The notes under the pieces were generated by a model. That model was given only the letters and a program-made list of their open reading frames with translations. It had not been told where the DNA came from and made no database searches. A stretch of DNA of 64,000 nucleotides from Takakia lepidozioides (Eukaryota > Plantae > Bryophyta). Of this stretch, positions 23,002-36,974 are shown one piece after another (the stretch's first letter is position 1; each line of letters opens with the position of its first letter). The stretch lies in assembly GCA_030704615.1 (NCBI GenBank), contig CM060731.1, positions 89,652,001 through 89,716,000 on the forward strand. The letters run 5' to 3'. Made by a program: the position numbers and the translations under genes.

Positions 23002-23628
23002 GTGTTAACACTTTGTAAGTCAAACTCAGACTTGATGTCTGAAGCTCGCAACTGGTTTTGGGGGTAACTTAGCACTTCGGAGATGCGGCAATAGGAGAAG
23101 GGCCTACTTGCATGAAGATTTTGATGGAACATGGGGCAGAGGTGGACGCTCTGTTCAAGGGAATCTGATTCCATAATTACCTGGTGCGACGCTCTCCCAC
23201 AAGGCTGGTAGCTCCCTCAGCACTGTGCAATCACCAATGGGTGGTGAAGACTCGGAGGCAATTGGTGGCATAAAAGGTCTTCTAAGACGGACAAGACCTC
23301 TCTTATGGTAGTATCAGTTGACTGTAGATCCCATGGCCTCGGAAAACATGTGCCTTCAGCTCATTTGGGCTTTCTAGGCTGGCTCTTGGAGCTTTGTTTA
23401 GATGTAGCTTCTCGTTACCTTTTTCGCTTATGGCTAAGTCTGCCCCTCTTGGGCTAGCTTCTACAACCTTTCCTTCTCTTTCTTCCCTGTCTCGAAGCTG
23501 TGTCTTTCTGAATCAGCCTGCATGACACTTTTCATAGAGGTTATTTTTTCCTCTTTGTATCTCATGGACATTTTAAGTCCTTTATCTATAAAGTTCATGA
23601 GGCCTCTGTCCCTCTTCTTTAAATTTAT

Positions 23629-23661
<33 letters not shown>

Positions 23662-23785
23662 CACTCTAGAACGCAGTCACCACGAGGCCACAACTTGATT
23701 ATAAATAAATAAATAAATAAATGTAAAAATCCATGAACACAATGTATGAATATGTGTGATTTCAACTATTGAAATGGCGCATTTT

Positions 23786-24022
23786 TTACTGTGAAAGATG
23801 TTATTTTCTCCTCTCCCTATCAGGGGGGCTGAGTTATGAGCTGACGCTCCCAGGTGTTTTTTTTTTTTTTTTTTTTTTTTAAATAAATAATAAAAATTTA
23901 AAAATTTAAAAAATATAATTAATTAATTTTTTAAATAAAACATTAATAAAAAGGGAAACACCTGGGAGCGACAGCTCACAAATTAGGCCCCTTGATAGAG
24001 AGGAGAAAATAACCTCTCAGTA
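23786..24022. repeat. Foldback/MITE-like inverted repeat with an A/T-rich spacer
   Basis: gttattttctcctctc...gagctgacgctcccaggtgttt (23800-23860) is the reverse complement of aaacacctgggagcgacagctc...gagaggagaaaataac (23957-24013). Confidence 0.8.
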
Positions 24023-25784
24023 ACCTCGTGTTTCCCTTTTCAAAAAAAAGAAAAAAATGCAGATTTCAACAAAATGACCGATTTCAATTATTAAAATGAG
24101 TCCCTTCAATTTATATTTCCAAAACATGTCATTGTCTTACTGATGTGATTGTTTTTAGCCATTTTGACTTTTAAAGCTAATACCATATCCAGGCTATGTG
24201 TATTGTTTTCTTCATAGGTGTGTAAGTTGAATTGACATTGAAGAGGCTTTGCCCGGGTTCCACATGGATTTGCCTCTATCAGGATTTCGATGTAACTTAG
24301 GTTACACCCAGTTTTGATTTCAACTAGGTTCTCAGATTTTTCAGATCTGGGAGGTCGGGTCCAGGGACTTTGTAGACATTGTGATCTCGACGGACACTAG
24401 TCATACTCAAACTGCTTATTCCATAATATTACTATTTTTTGCCCTACATGTGATTGTAATTATGAATATGTTCCAATTTTCACATGTTCTTGTTTCCATC
24501 ATTGTCACATTGAGACTTCCTGATCTTACCTTTTTATTTGGACTTTCACTAGTACCCGTCACGGGTACAAGTCACAAGCTCGGGTGCCGTGGAGGAATAC
24601 AGGGGGAGGGGGGGGGGGGGGGGTAAAGGTAGGTGGGGTTGTCAATCCCTGACGTCATGTAAGTACCCTGCATTCAGCTCCGGCTAAACACTGGTGCCTC
24701 TGGGGAGACGGGGGTTGGAGTGTGCTTGCTTCCCGCTTAGTGGTAATACAATCTCAATTTTCCTAAGTAAACTTCCATAGGACCAAATGCATTTCCTACA
24801 GGTTTGCAGTTATAACGCACTAGTAATTCCTTGAAACCACTAGGGGCTGATTACAGGTACTGGCTGGCTGGTTCTCCCCCTTGGTTGCCCAACAACCCCA
24901 TCGAATAGGATTCCTATCAAATTCTATAGTTTCAACCAAAGAACTGTAAATCGAAAATCTAAAAAATCGACAATCTCACATAATGCTTCAGATATATTCC
25001 AAACCATGAACCTTTTTTTTTCCATTGTTTGGTTGGCGTGTGCCACCCGCATGGCACCCACAACATCCCTGGTCGGGAATCAGGGATGTATTATTCTTCC
25101 ATATGAAGGAATCGCCTCATGGACAGCCACTTGATAAAGACGATGCGAAGATGATGTATGACATATAAGCACATGTTCAGACATTACTAGGGGAAGAGAA
25201 GGAGGTGGTCAGATCGTTTGACTCAGTCCAAAGTTCCGAGTCTATGTGGTTTTTAGCTTTGGGCGGTGCCCACATCTCTGATCTACTCCTTCAAACTAAT
25301 GGCCTCTCCAAGGTTATCTTTCCTTGGAATACAGTTCCTATGGAGGGAAAAAGAAAAGACAAAAAACAAAAAAGCCCCTAATTTCTTTGCACATGAGAGA
25401 TGTCGTCATTTCTTCATCCCCACTCTATATTTTGGTTGGCGGCATTGTCCACATGCACAAAATGTGAGGATCCGCAATAAGACCGGACCGACCGCACTAG
25501 TTGTAACTTGTAACCATTTTTATTCGTGTTTTGTAGTGGTTTCATGGAATTTGATCAGGCGAGAGTCCAGTACTTCCGATGCGGAAGTGCGGGATTGAAG
25601 GATTGAAGATGACAAATTTGAAAGACCTACCCTTTTTTGGGTTGGTTGCGGAATATGATAAGGGGGCGGCGGGGTTTGGTTTGGGGGCCACTGTTCTGTT
25701 GACTGGAGAAGAGGTAACCACTTTCAAACCGACAGTTACAAAATCCTGTGAGGGAACTTTTGTAGGATGAAGAATCTAGTGCGG

Positions 25785-26000
25785 GAAGAGAGGAGGAGAA
25801 GGGGGTGTGTTGGGGGTAGGGGGGGGGGTGGGGGGTGCTGGAGGGGGGGTGGGGGGGGGAGATGAGAAAAGGGGGAGGGTGGGTGTGTGGAGGAGGGAGA
25901 TGTGGGAGTGAGCAGGAGAGGTGGGTGGGTGGGAGGAGAGGGGAGGGGATGGTGGAAGAGGAGAAGCAGAAAGGGGAGCAATGAGGGAGTGAGGGTGGGT
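25785..26000 (+). repeat. G/purine-rich low-complexity tract upstream of the MORN gene
   Basis: Many runs of 3-10 G interspersed with A/T. Confidence 0.85.
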
Positions 26001-26130
26001 ATGGTGCTGGCTGGAGTTGAACAACGGAGCCTGGCACAAGGAGCTTTTGTCCACCGCTCACAAGAGGGGCGGGGGGCAGGGCTCTGAGAGGGTTTGGGTG
26101 GGGGATTCAACGATTTGTAAAGGGAAGGGT

Positions 26131-28834
26131 ATGGGGTTGTCAAAATTGAGCCGCTCGCCGTCGTCGTTGTTGCGGTCTCCCACAATCAAGTCAGGAATTG
26201 ACAGCCTGACTTCGCTGGCTGATGCTGATCGGAGCCACGAGCGGGTGGACAGATGTTGCTGGCCATCGGGTGCAAGGGGGCAACGGGGACCCGGGGAGGG
26301 GTCCGGATATATGCAGGAGCGTTTGCAGCTCCTGCTGCCCCCGGCAGTTCTTGTTGCTGTGCCTTTTGTGTGGTGGTGCATGAAGGCTGGCCCGTCTTAT
26401 GGACTGAACTGGCTACCAGCAGAGAAAGCTGTGTGTTTTGGGTTTGATTTGGTGGCATTGTTTTTGTTTTTCATCGCATTTGTTGTCTGGGCAAAGTTTG
26501 CCTTGCCTCATATTTCTGTTCGGGCGGTGGTTCCTTCATTGGGAATTTTGAGGGACTTCATGGGCCAGAGTTGGGGGGGGCTGAGTAGCAGCTGCTTAAA
26601 GCCGCTGGCTACCCTCCTCCAAATTGTGGACGAAAAGGAAAGGGGAAGGGGGGCCAGGAATAACTCACCTGTAACCTGGACGATTGGTTCCAGCAAGTTG
26701 AGGTCAGAGAAGAGCCAGGTTTTCGGGGAGGATGTACAAAGCTACAGCAACGGGGATGTGTATGAGGGTGAATTCTATCAGGGGAATTGCTCGGGCAGCG
26801 GAGTGTATTACTTCTACAGGAGTGGGAGGTACGAGGGTGATTGGGTTGATGGGAAATATGATGGTTATGGTGTGGAGACATGGGCTCGAGGCAGTCGGTA
26901 CAGAGGTCCATATCGACGGGGGGATGCGGCGGGGGGAGGAGTGGCTATGGCATCTACCGTTTCTACACCGGGGATTTGTACTCGGGGGAATGATATTCCA
27001 ATGGTCAAAGCCATGGTGTTGGACGGTGCAACAACAGCCAGATAGTACAAACAACATGGCCCGGGCGGGGGGCGTATACGGGACTATCGGCGATTCAAGT
27101 GGGGAGTAAATCAGCGATGGGTGTTGGTTACTACCATTTCAGGTTAGTCCCACTCCTTGCTGGCATTTGCATTTGAAAACATCACGTTGAGTGGGTTATG
27201 CACCTGGTCTGTTGGTGCGAGAAACAAGCTGTGAAGACAGGTTTTTAAGAAGGAACTTAAACCGTTTGAAGGGGAAAAGAACACGAATTTATTAGGGAAG
27301 TGAAAAACACGTGTGTGTGTGAATCTTCTGAAAAATGGGCTCAACTGTTTGTGTGTGGTTACAGGAGGTGGGGACACGTATGCTGGGGAGTATTTTGCAG
27401 ACAAGATGCACGGGTATGGTGTCTACAGCTTCGCAAATGGTCATTCGTTTGAGGGCTCGGGGCATGATGGTAGGAAGCAGGGGTTAGGCATCTACACATT
27501 CCGAAATGGTGACACCGAACATGCAGAAGTGTGGGTTAGTGGCAGCATGCGGTAAGGTGTTTGCAGACCTGTAGCACGCAGATTCCATCTCACACACCCA
27601 CAGCCTACGCCGCTGTCAATCATCTCCCTAAACATTTGCTATGCGCGATTCTGGTATGAGTCGTGTGACGCTCGTCGTGCAGCTCACGCGTGGTCATCAG
27701 GGGGGAGTTGACGAAAACACTTGGGGGAAGGTAATAAAAAGGAAATAGTTTGTCTGATGGACATGCCTGTCCTCCAGGTGGAATGAACACACAATCATCA
27801 AGTTGTACACCCGCTGGGTCCGGAAGTCACCCAATTCACAAGTTCAGTGAGTTGTTAACTTCTGACTAGGTACAATTATGACAACGGGTTTGTTTCAGTG
27901 ATGCAGGTCGTGTGGGAGAAATTCTGCACAAGTTGACAACAGGACCGGGCACACACAGTGCGGTATTGGGTAGGGTCCGAGAGACACCGGTACCACCGAT
28001 AGCAATGTGAAAAAAAAACACACAATTTTGGCTGAACACGCGAACATTTCTACAGGTTGCAGTGCAGTTCCGTTTCTCTTGAGAAAGGGCAGGACTTTCA
28101 GGACACCCGAGCGTCTGGGCGTGACGATAAGGTGTACCACGCCCGAACAGTGCAAACCCATCAAGATCTCTCACCCACAAGCATAATGGGGGAAATCGTG
28201 AGTTATGGTACATACAGCAGTAATGCGACCTCGGATATGGAAACACATTTTCACATAGAGAGTGAATTAGCTCACACGCATATCACAGGTATAGTAAAAC
28301 TCTCCACACAAGCCACTGTGCTCCAGGGTTAGGAGTGTTTGCTTGCCTTTGCTGTGTCCACCAGATGAGTGACAACAAAGGGGGGGGTGTACACGCAAGC
28401 GCGGATAGGTTACTTTGTGCTGACAACAAATGTGTTAGCTCTTTTGACGTGGTTCTCAAGGTGCTGCAACTTTTGCAAACAGTGGAAGAGTGGGTCCTTG
28501 GTACTGCTTGTTCCAGTCATGATTCAACTACATCTACACATCATGATCTGAGGTGCAATCAACAGAAGTAATTGAGTGTCTTTTTGGTCCTTGGGAGGGA
28601 AGTGCTGGAGAAGAGTGTACAGGGACAAATAACCTGACTCTTCTCATTGTGCACTGGTGGTTCCAGGAGGCGGGACATCAGCAACGCAAAGGGTTGAAGT
28701 GCAGCGGGGCGGCGGTCGACGAGAGTGTGAAGAAAGCTGTGGCATTGGCTAATCGGGCTGCCAACGCTGCACGTGTGGCTGCAGTGAAGGCTGTGCACCG
28801 CAACACATTGACATCCATCACAATCAGTGTTTGA
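26131..28834 (+). CDS. MORN-repeat membrane protein; exons ~26131-27142, ~27365-27650, ~28668-28834; frame broken by indels at ~26.9-27.65 kb and ~28.7 kb
   Basis: MGLSKLSRSPSSLLRSPT, two TM segments, YSNGDVYEGEFYQGNCSGSGVYY...RYEGDWVDGKYDGYGVETWARGSRYRG, GDTYAGEYFADKMHGYGVYSFANGH, and C-terminal AVALANRAANAARVAAVKAV. Confidence 0.85.
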
Positions 28835-30996
28835 ACCAACTCTGGGATGAAATTTTGTAGAATGTAGTGAGTAATGTGCAGTGCAAAAAAGAATTGTATA
28901 CATAGGCTCCCATCACATATGAGGAGGAAAGGGCTCCGGTCCTCTGTAAAATACTGACACGAGAAAAAAGAATTAGCTTTATTGTACATGAGCTTGACAA
29001 ACTGTTTGTTGCTGTAAGACTCAAACAGTGTCATAATTTATCATATGGGTGTTCACCGCTTTGCAACTGATTGAAGGGTCCATGGACAGTTGCATAGCAG
29101 CATGCTGTAATCACTAAGAGAAATAGGGTTCTAAGACGAAATGATTCACTGAGAGCTCTCCACCCGACCATAGGAACACAAGCTTATCTTTATCTTTTCA
29201 CACACTCACTTCTTTGAACTTGTATCAACCAGTCTGACCAACCTATGCAATCCTTGCAAATCCTCTTTCAGAGCGCAGATTGTATTCACTTATTGCAGTG
29301 AAAGACCAGCTGCAGGACTTCAATATTTTATCCATTCAATCAAGCGAAACTTCTGCTACACAGAAATAGCTGCATGCGCAACACTACAAAACTGACATGA
29401 ACCTTCTGAAACATGTTTGACTATTGAAATGACAGTGCGCAATTGGACATCAAGATTTCGTTCCAGTGACCGTATCTTCTGTGGTAAATCTTCTGAGGGA
29501 CCCTTTGGCCTCTTTCACGCAAAAACTACAAACTGTAGGCCCTCGGTCCCACCATCTGTCAGTACACTAGCAAAATCTCTTGAGTCTATCCCTTCGTGGG
29601 GCCCATGCTTCTTGTCACTCGGAATCTGGGGGAAAAGTATTCACATGGACTAAATTATAGAAAAATTGTTACAGAACAATTGAAGGTTCCTTGTCACGGT
29701 CAGAGATGAGACTAAGTATATCTTAGATCTGCAACTACAACTTTCTTCAAACCCGGAGCCTGTCTCCTGTGGCTGCATCAGCCATCTTCTTAGCGCCTCC
29801 TGCTTCTTTCCATGGAAAGATTTTTTCCTCCTACTAGCCACCAGTCGTTTATTTCTTACAAGAGGAAGTGCCCACTCACAAATCAGACCTCTTAATTGGT
29901 TTTAAATCTTTTCCTAGAAAGGGAAACAACATGGGAGTGGCCGCTCACAAATCCGCTCCCTGGAGAGGGAAACTAACCTCTTTCAAAGTAACTTGTGAGC
30001 ACAAGCGTGGCTCATGGCCCACACGAAAGGGAAAGGGAGGAAAAAGAGGGATAGGGATGCCAACACAAGCTCCTGATCCCGGATCTGAGGCAGAGGCCCC
30101 ACCACCCCTACCTCAAAATGGTGGTGAAGAATGTCAACACAATTTTACTCATTCTGCCTAACATATTGGATGAGGGCACATGTCACGGTTTCGCTTAACC
30201 GGATGAGATCTTTCTAAAATGTGATATTACACCTCCGTGTCACTCACACTTTGGATAGGCACACACGTGCGGGGGCAGATTCTAACCGTTCTATCTTGCA
30301 GGGAGAGACAAGTTTATTATAGATTTTTATACTTCATGGTATGCTTCAGCTGATTCATCATACTCTAATTCTCTGTTTGACTGAGATCTTTTGTCTCACT
30401 GTAGCCTTGCTGCGGTCTCATACATTTCCTCTCATTTCCTTTCTTTGATTTATTGTTGATTTCTCCATTTGCCTGGGTGGACTCTGTTCCCTGTGCAGTG
30501 TGCATGTCAAGTGTGACACTATACTACTTTTGGAACTGTTAATGATGAGCATGAAGGATTTAATGTGAACATCATCCTTGAAACTGGTAAGCTATATCAT
30601 TTCAACGCATCTGGATTACCCCAAGATTGCACCAGATGCAAAGCTGCAATGAAGAAATTCACTGCAACTGGAGAAACACCTATCAAAATTTGCTGGTACG
30701 CCCAGCATGAGCTTCATCAGCCTAAGATGACCTTTTGAGGCACAGATATGTTGGTTCTCTGTATGACCAAGAAGCTTTGTAACAATGCTTCAAGAGAAAG
30801 CTTTCAGGGCCAGTGCTTACGGCATGCCTTCAGAAGGCAAAAAGCAGAAGGGTTTGTATTTTCACTGGCTAGCAAGGTCTAACATGCTTTTGAAGCAAGT
30901 TAAAGCCAACACAAACCAACCACTCCCAATGTTGATTTACACTCCTTGAGTTTTGGGTGCCCTACTTTGATTTGTTCCTCTTGCCCGAAAGTATCC

Positions 30997-33900
30997 CTAA
31001 CTACAATCTGCTTGCATGTCAAGATCATGTTTGGTGGTATGCTGGTGCTGAAGCTGCTTGTGTAGGTTGCGATCATAACGAATGATGGTGCTTGCACTTT
31101 CCACAATCAAAATTGTCTGCAAGCAGTAAACAATTGCTTAATGGAGACCCAATGAACATGTGAAGTCTACGACTCAAACATCAATACAGATTAGGCAGAA
31201 AGGCTTTATGCAGAGCATCTTTTTTTCCTAGGGCTTAGAAAGAAGTGGAGGGACTACAGACCTGAAGGACAGCATACACCAGATTCATGGCAAAGTAGAA
31301 ATTGGCATTGCCTGTGCCCTGTATTGGTCATACCACCAGTCTCTTAGTCTTGCATTACACAACTTTTGTCATGACACAATAATCAAGACATCCAGCATTA
31401 TCACAAGGAGTGAGAAGCAAGAAGAACAAGACGAGAGAGAGTAATACTCAAGGAAGATAGAAATTGCAGGAGCACAATTGAAAGGTGACATACCCTCCAG
31501 ATCCATAAATTGTACATGACAGGGCCGAGGATAGCGATGAGCAGGTAGCCCTTAAGCAATAGATATGAATACTGAAGCCCTGTATGGTGCATCCGTGCTC
31601 GCAAGCCACGATTAGACATCTTGCACAATGCCTATATAGTAGGCAACCACCGTACAGCATCCAAAGGTGCATATCATTTGAACTTTTAACCAACAACCAC
31701 TCACAAGAAGTGGTAAAAAATCCCCTTTACTATCCCCTCTTTAAGTGTTGCTCATTGATTGATTGTCCGAGAAAGAGAATGAATGGGAGGGGAGAGTAAT
31801 ACAGTGGTACTTTATGAAATTGTAGGAAAGAAGAGAAACCTTCTCTCACAGCCATGAACTGACTACAGAAGAGAACGTACCAGAGAGCTCGTGCATACAA
31901 AGAGACATCAACCCCAAATACAGAGCTGCATCACCAACCTGCAACAAACCTTTCCACTGAGATGAAGTGAACATATGAGTGGTTACCTTCCCCTTGTCGA
32001 AACAAGGTCGCCTGCATTGTGTAGTTCAAGAACTGCTCGGCAATGGCCTGGGGTGAAATATTTTTCATACTATCCGTTTTCTGAGCCTTGCCCAACCTGA
32101 CATCAAATTTGATGGTCTGACAACACTTACCTCATTGTACTACTATGGAGTCCTAAAATTTTATGAAGGAGCTATACTGCTGTAAAGGCTTTCCAGCTTC
32201 TTCAGCCATCCCAAACAAGTTCATCATCTTCATGGCCTCCATCTAAACCTCTTCTCCACATAATATGAAAAATACAATGGCCCAAACAGCCTTAGTGAAA
32301 CATCATCTGGTCCATATTCCACAAGGTAGATATTTGGGATAAGTGACAGCTTACCAGTGACAGCTGCAGCAGCCCAACCAGCCAATCACATTAGACTAAA
32401 TGTCTGCTGATAGAATAATTGATTTTATAAAATCACCTAACAACATACAATGCGATAGTATGTGCCACTAACAGAACAAAAACAAATAACTTACTGAAGG
32501 ATAAGACTTGAGCATGGAGGAGATTGCTGTCAGAATGAAAGCGAGGAAAATCGGTCGATGGTGCAGACGAATGGTAAGGGGCGCGACCATGAACAGGATG
32601 TTGGCATGAAAGACAAGTAAGAAGAATGGTCGGAACGTGTCAAACACTTCTGTGAAGAAGTACCTGCAGCACTAACCAAATTATTCAAAAATTGACAAAC
32701 GCCCACACTATACATCTGAACAGCACAGTTCATATACTAACCGCAGAGATGAAGCAGTGAAAACAGGCCTGAATGAAGAAAAAATTACTGCCAGATGGGC
32801 TCCACTTATGTGCAAAGAAAAAGTTAATATAGAGAGTTAATATATACTCACCAAAAGAGACCAAGATTGGGAGAGAGATCCTCTACTGTGAGTATAAACC
32901 TGTATGTCCTGCAAACCAGGGTAACAACAATCAGCACACACCCAAATGCAACAACCCCTGATGCCCATCTCCCTGTTGATGTTGCCCCATCTCTCTCTCT
33001 CAGCGGACGTTATAAAGCACCATTTCATTTCTCTCTCTCTCTCTCTCTCTCCCACAGACACTTATTTCTCTGCGTCAAAGGGACATTAGATCCCTTATCT
33101 TATTTGGCTGAAGACATCTCTGAGTCCAAATAACAGTCGATCAAGAAAAGATAAGCCAGCACAAGCAATAACAATAAATACCAGACTGTCTAGAGAAATC
33201 GAGTGTTACGGAACTCACTCTGACCACATGTCATGAATGCTCCCATGCTCCTGTAGTGCGAGGCTGCACAATCCTAAAATGCACAGCCATGAGATAGCCG
33301 ACCAAACTATCAACTCCACAATGGCTATCCACTTTCTCCGAGGGAACGCATGCATGTTCATGTTGGCATTTTCAGACACTTGGATACTTGGCTTCTGTTG
33401 ACCAACTGCAAATGGTGATAAACACTTGGGATCTACTTCAGGAGAAGCTTTCACAAGCTGGGGCAATTTGAACAATTTGCTTGGAGGCCCATCTGGTCCA
33501 GAGGCCACTAAGAAAGCTATCTGGAAAACGAGGGCAACCATGAGTGTGAGCACTGATACTGCTTCCACATTGTCACTAGAACCAAGCAACTGCTAATCAA
33601 TATACCCCTTGACTTCTGGGAGTTGCATAGTCGTTTGTTTTAGACAGGTGTAACTGCTGAAGATCCCACCTAATCAACCTCAGCAGATGAGAAGCACAAA
33701 AGGATTGGTACAGAACGAAAGCAAGCAACTTGATTAAGAGTGCTCCATACACGAGATACCGACCCATGTCAATGTCAACTCTGATGATTTCAAACATAGG
33801 TTGCACACATTGGATTAAGAAAGATTAAGAAACATATGATATTACCACATCAGCATATGCAAAACAAAAGCCTGTCACTTGAGCAGTACTTAAAAATGTG

Positions 33901-36792
33901 GAATACACCACAGCAGGCTGGAACTCTGTACATACAGGGATAATAAGTATGGCAGGGTACATGCCCAAATGTGTCGTCATGGCCCATCCAAATCCTGCCA
34001 AGGGTGCAATTCCTGCCTCCAAACCATGTCCAGCCAGTGACTAGTAAACGCGAATAGAAGAGATCAATGGTGCTCTACCCCCAAGGAGTTTGAAAAGAGA
34101 AAGAGAGAGAGATGGGGACCGACAGAAAAAGATGAGAGGTCCACAGGCACACATCAAAGGAAAGTCAAAGCTTATGGCAGGGCTTATGGCAGACAAACTG
34201 TCAGCAAGATGGAAGTAAGCAGGAGGTAGCAATTATATTCTGAATGAATCCAACTTACATACAAGGGTCCTCCTGACTTTCATAATGTCAGAGGAAAAGA
34301 AAATGGATGTCACCAGATCAGGGCCTTTTGCAGCAATACACAGCACCTACTGGCAAACAGAAGCTAAATGGCGAGGCTTAGATTCCCCACCTGCCATGGC
34401 CCCATAGAGCGCCAGAATGGTGAGTGTGTTCTCAATGGGAGAGGTGGAGCCACCCACACACACTGCGATACTGAATGGATTCAGCAGATAAAGCAATGCT
34501 GCCATATCCCCGATGCCCAGACCTCCTGTACGTGTCAGATATCACTTTTGTGTAAGAATAGAGTTAGGAATCACTGAGAAAATCACAATTGATCTCTCTT
34601 TCCCCCCTCTCAGGCTGGCAACCCAATGTCTTGCTCCAGGAAGCTTGGGAGGCACTAGGGTTTATTGGCTTAAAGAGTTCATGATCAACATGACAAGTTT
34701 GTAAGTAATTCCAACTCTACTCTCATGCATTGTTCCATGCTCTCTCCTGCTTACCTCCCATTCCAGGACTAGGACTTTTGCAGTAAACATTATAATGGTA
34801 GGTCTAAGTAGATCTTGGATTACCTTCAGTAGGCACCTTGCCATCCGGATGCACACCTAGCTTTTTATTCAGTCCCAGCTGTGCCATGTGGCAGATACGA
34901 GCAGATTCCAATAGTTGACCCATAGACCGCAACAGCAAAGCTCCAGTGAGATCTGCACCCACCAAAATAAAACCACTGCACACACCCTTGTTTGAAATCC
35001 AGCTGAAAATATTATTTTATATCTCTAACAAAGTCACCAATCAGTACCGAAAGACCAATGGTTAATTGCAGGTGAGTCAAGCAATATCAATCAAGTTAAG
35101 GATGCAGGTATTTGGGAGCAGCGTCCTCTAAAAGGACGGATAGAACAGCTTTGCATGACTTAAGATAGGGTGATAAGTGGCTCCAACACAGAGAGAGGGA
35201 ATGTACTCATAAGATGTTGTTTGCCACAGCCTTCTGGCATAGACCCTGCCCCCAGTTTGAGCACAACAAGAGGGAACAGACACTACAATTGTGAGAGGGG
35301 TGACTCCAGTAGTGGACTTACTTTGGTACAAACAATTGGTTCGGGCTTTTCAGATTTCCTCTAGAAATCCCTTCACTCAAGCATCAATCTGCTGTGTATG
35401 AGCTGCCAACAGGGACAGGGCTTTAAGTTCAGCCTCGAGATTTTGAAAGTTGGTAACAGAGGTGCAGGACTAGGTTTTTCATGGTCCTAACTAGGGTCGC
35501 TCTCTGATGAGAATACCGCGGACATTCTATCAGAAAATGGAGATTGTATTCAGGCCGCCCGCACATTGGGCATTGACAATTTACTTGTCAGTTACATCCC
35601 ATTGAGACATTTGAGTTTTTATAAGCAGACCTCAACACGTCAGATTGAGTGGCACCCAGCCACAGCCATTATCTAGACGAAGGTACAATTTTTTTGGAAG
35701 TTTCAGTGAGAAAAAACATGGGGGCAAGTGGTGGGAGAGAGAAAAAGTAGGAGTTGACCTGTGGCCGAGAATTGGACCAAGGAGCGTGAGCAACAATGGT
35801 GATCCATGAAAAACAGATCCTGCGCATTGTACACAAGGGCATGGTCAACCCTCAGTGTCTTCAACTGTGCAGGGGGTCAGTTGGTTCACTGCACCTGTTG
35901 TGCAAGATATGACTATTCAATACATTGAAACAAAGCAACCAACATTCTAATCTATGGATGGAGTCAGGCATTAAAACATTCTGTTCACATGTGAATGGCA
36001 AGTCTTCATTTCCCCTGCGAGAAACTGGGAAGGGCGGGGGGGGGGGGGGGGGGGGGTTGGGGGAGGGGAGACCTGCATAGGGTGACATTCCAAGCTGCTT
36101 CAACCAATGACCCTCTGCCACTGCACAAATGAAGAGAACCCGTCAAACAAAAGAATGAAAAAAATAAGTCAGGCAGGGCAAAACCATAAGACCCCAGATA
36201 GGTCTCTCCGAGTGGGGGCTTTGTTTCACCAAGAGGCTGAAGAGTCCGCAATGCTGCTAAATGTTCCACAGGCCCTGTGCAATGTCCCTAATGCAGGTTT
36301 TGATGCATGGCTTAGCTGCCAAAATGCCAGAAATTGTGAGCACGGTACCTTCCCCCCGGATCAGAAGGCCATAGACCCGGCGCCCAAATAGAGGGAACAG
36401 ACACTACCTTTGTGAGGGGCTCACTGCAATAGTGGGACTTACCTTGGTGTAAACAATGCTTCGGGCTTTTCAGATCCATCTAGAAATCCCTTCACACAAG
36501 CATCAATCTGCTGTGTGTGAGCTGCCTGGCACTTGGATCCCAACAGCAGGGGTTCAGTCCCAGCCTCCCAGATTTTGAAAATTGGTGAACTTAGTATGTT
36601 TCTGATGTCCTGAAGTGGGTCGCTCTCTGCCGAAAATGAAAAGTGTCTTCAGGCCGCACCCTAACATCGGGCATTGACAATAACTCTTTCCTCTCTTCAG
36701 TCTGGTGCCGAGGGTCACTTCAGATCATCCTTAAGGTCCCCACCCATGTCACAAAATGGAAACAACTTAAGGCAGATTTATGCCTAACTTCT

Positions 36793-36837
<45 letters not shown>

Positions 36838-36974
36838 GTACAGCGCATAAGGCTGGTGACAGGGGAAACGACTTCCACGCGATGACGAAGTACAGTGGAT
36901 GCACCAACGGCACCCAGCAACAATCGAAGCGCTAGAGACAAACCCACCCCTCCCCATAGCATTGTCCTCTTCAT
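30997..36974 (-). CDS. PIGU: GPI transamidase subunit PIG-U (GAB1/CDC91); ~12 exons incl. 36974-36842, 36120-36073, 35819-35759, ~34975-34824, ~34527-34392, ~34013-33936, ~33520-33219, ~32909-32852, ~32663-32495, ~31938-31881, ~31580-31493, ~31318-31262, ~31116-30997
   Basis: [105 protein letters not shown]. Confidence 0.93.
35200..35690 (-). mobile_element. LINE 3' fragment (same family) in a PIG-U intron
   Basis: The reverse complement matches 3090-3250 and 52850-53100, ending at ...cttatgagtaca. Confidence 0.8.
36365..36690 (-). mobile_element. LINE 3' fragment (same family) in PIG-U intron 1
   Basis: Near copy of 35255-35580 (gagggaacagacactac...cttttcagat...ctagaaatcccttcac.caagcatcaatctgctgtgt). 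Confidence 0.8.
36794..36836. repeat. (GA)n microsatellite at the start of PIG-U intron 1
   Basis: About 21 GA units. Confidence 0.95.

Noticed and set aside
25627-26185. Pro/His-rich extensin-like ORFs on the minus strand
   Set aside because: They are translation artefacts of the G-rich low-complexity tract.
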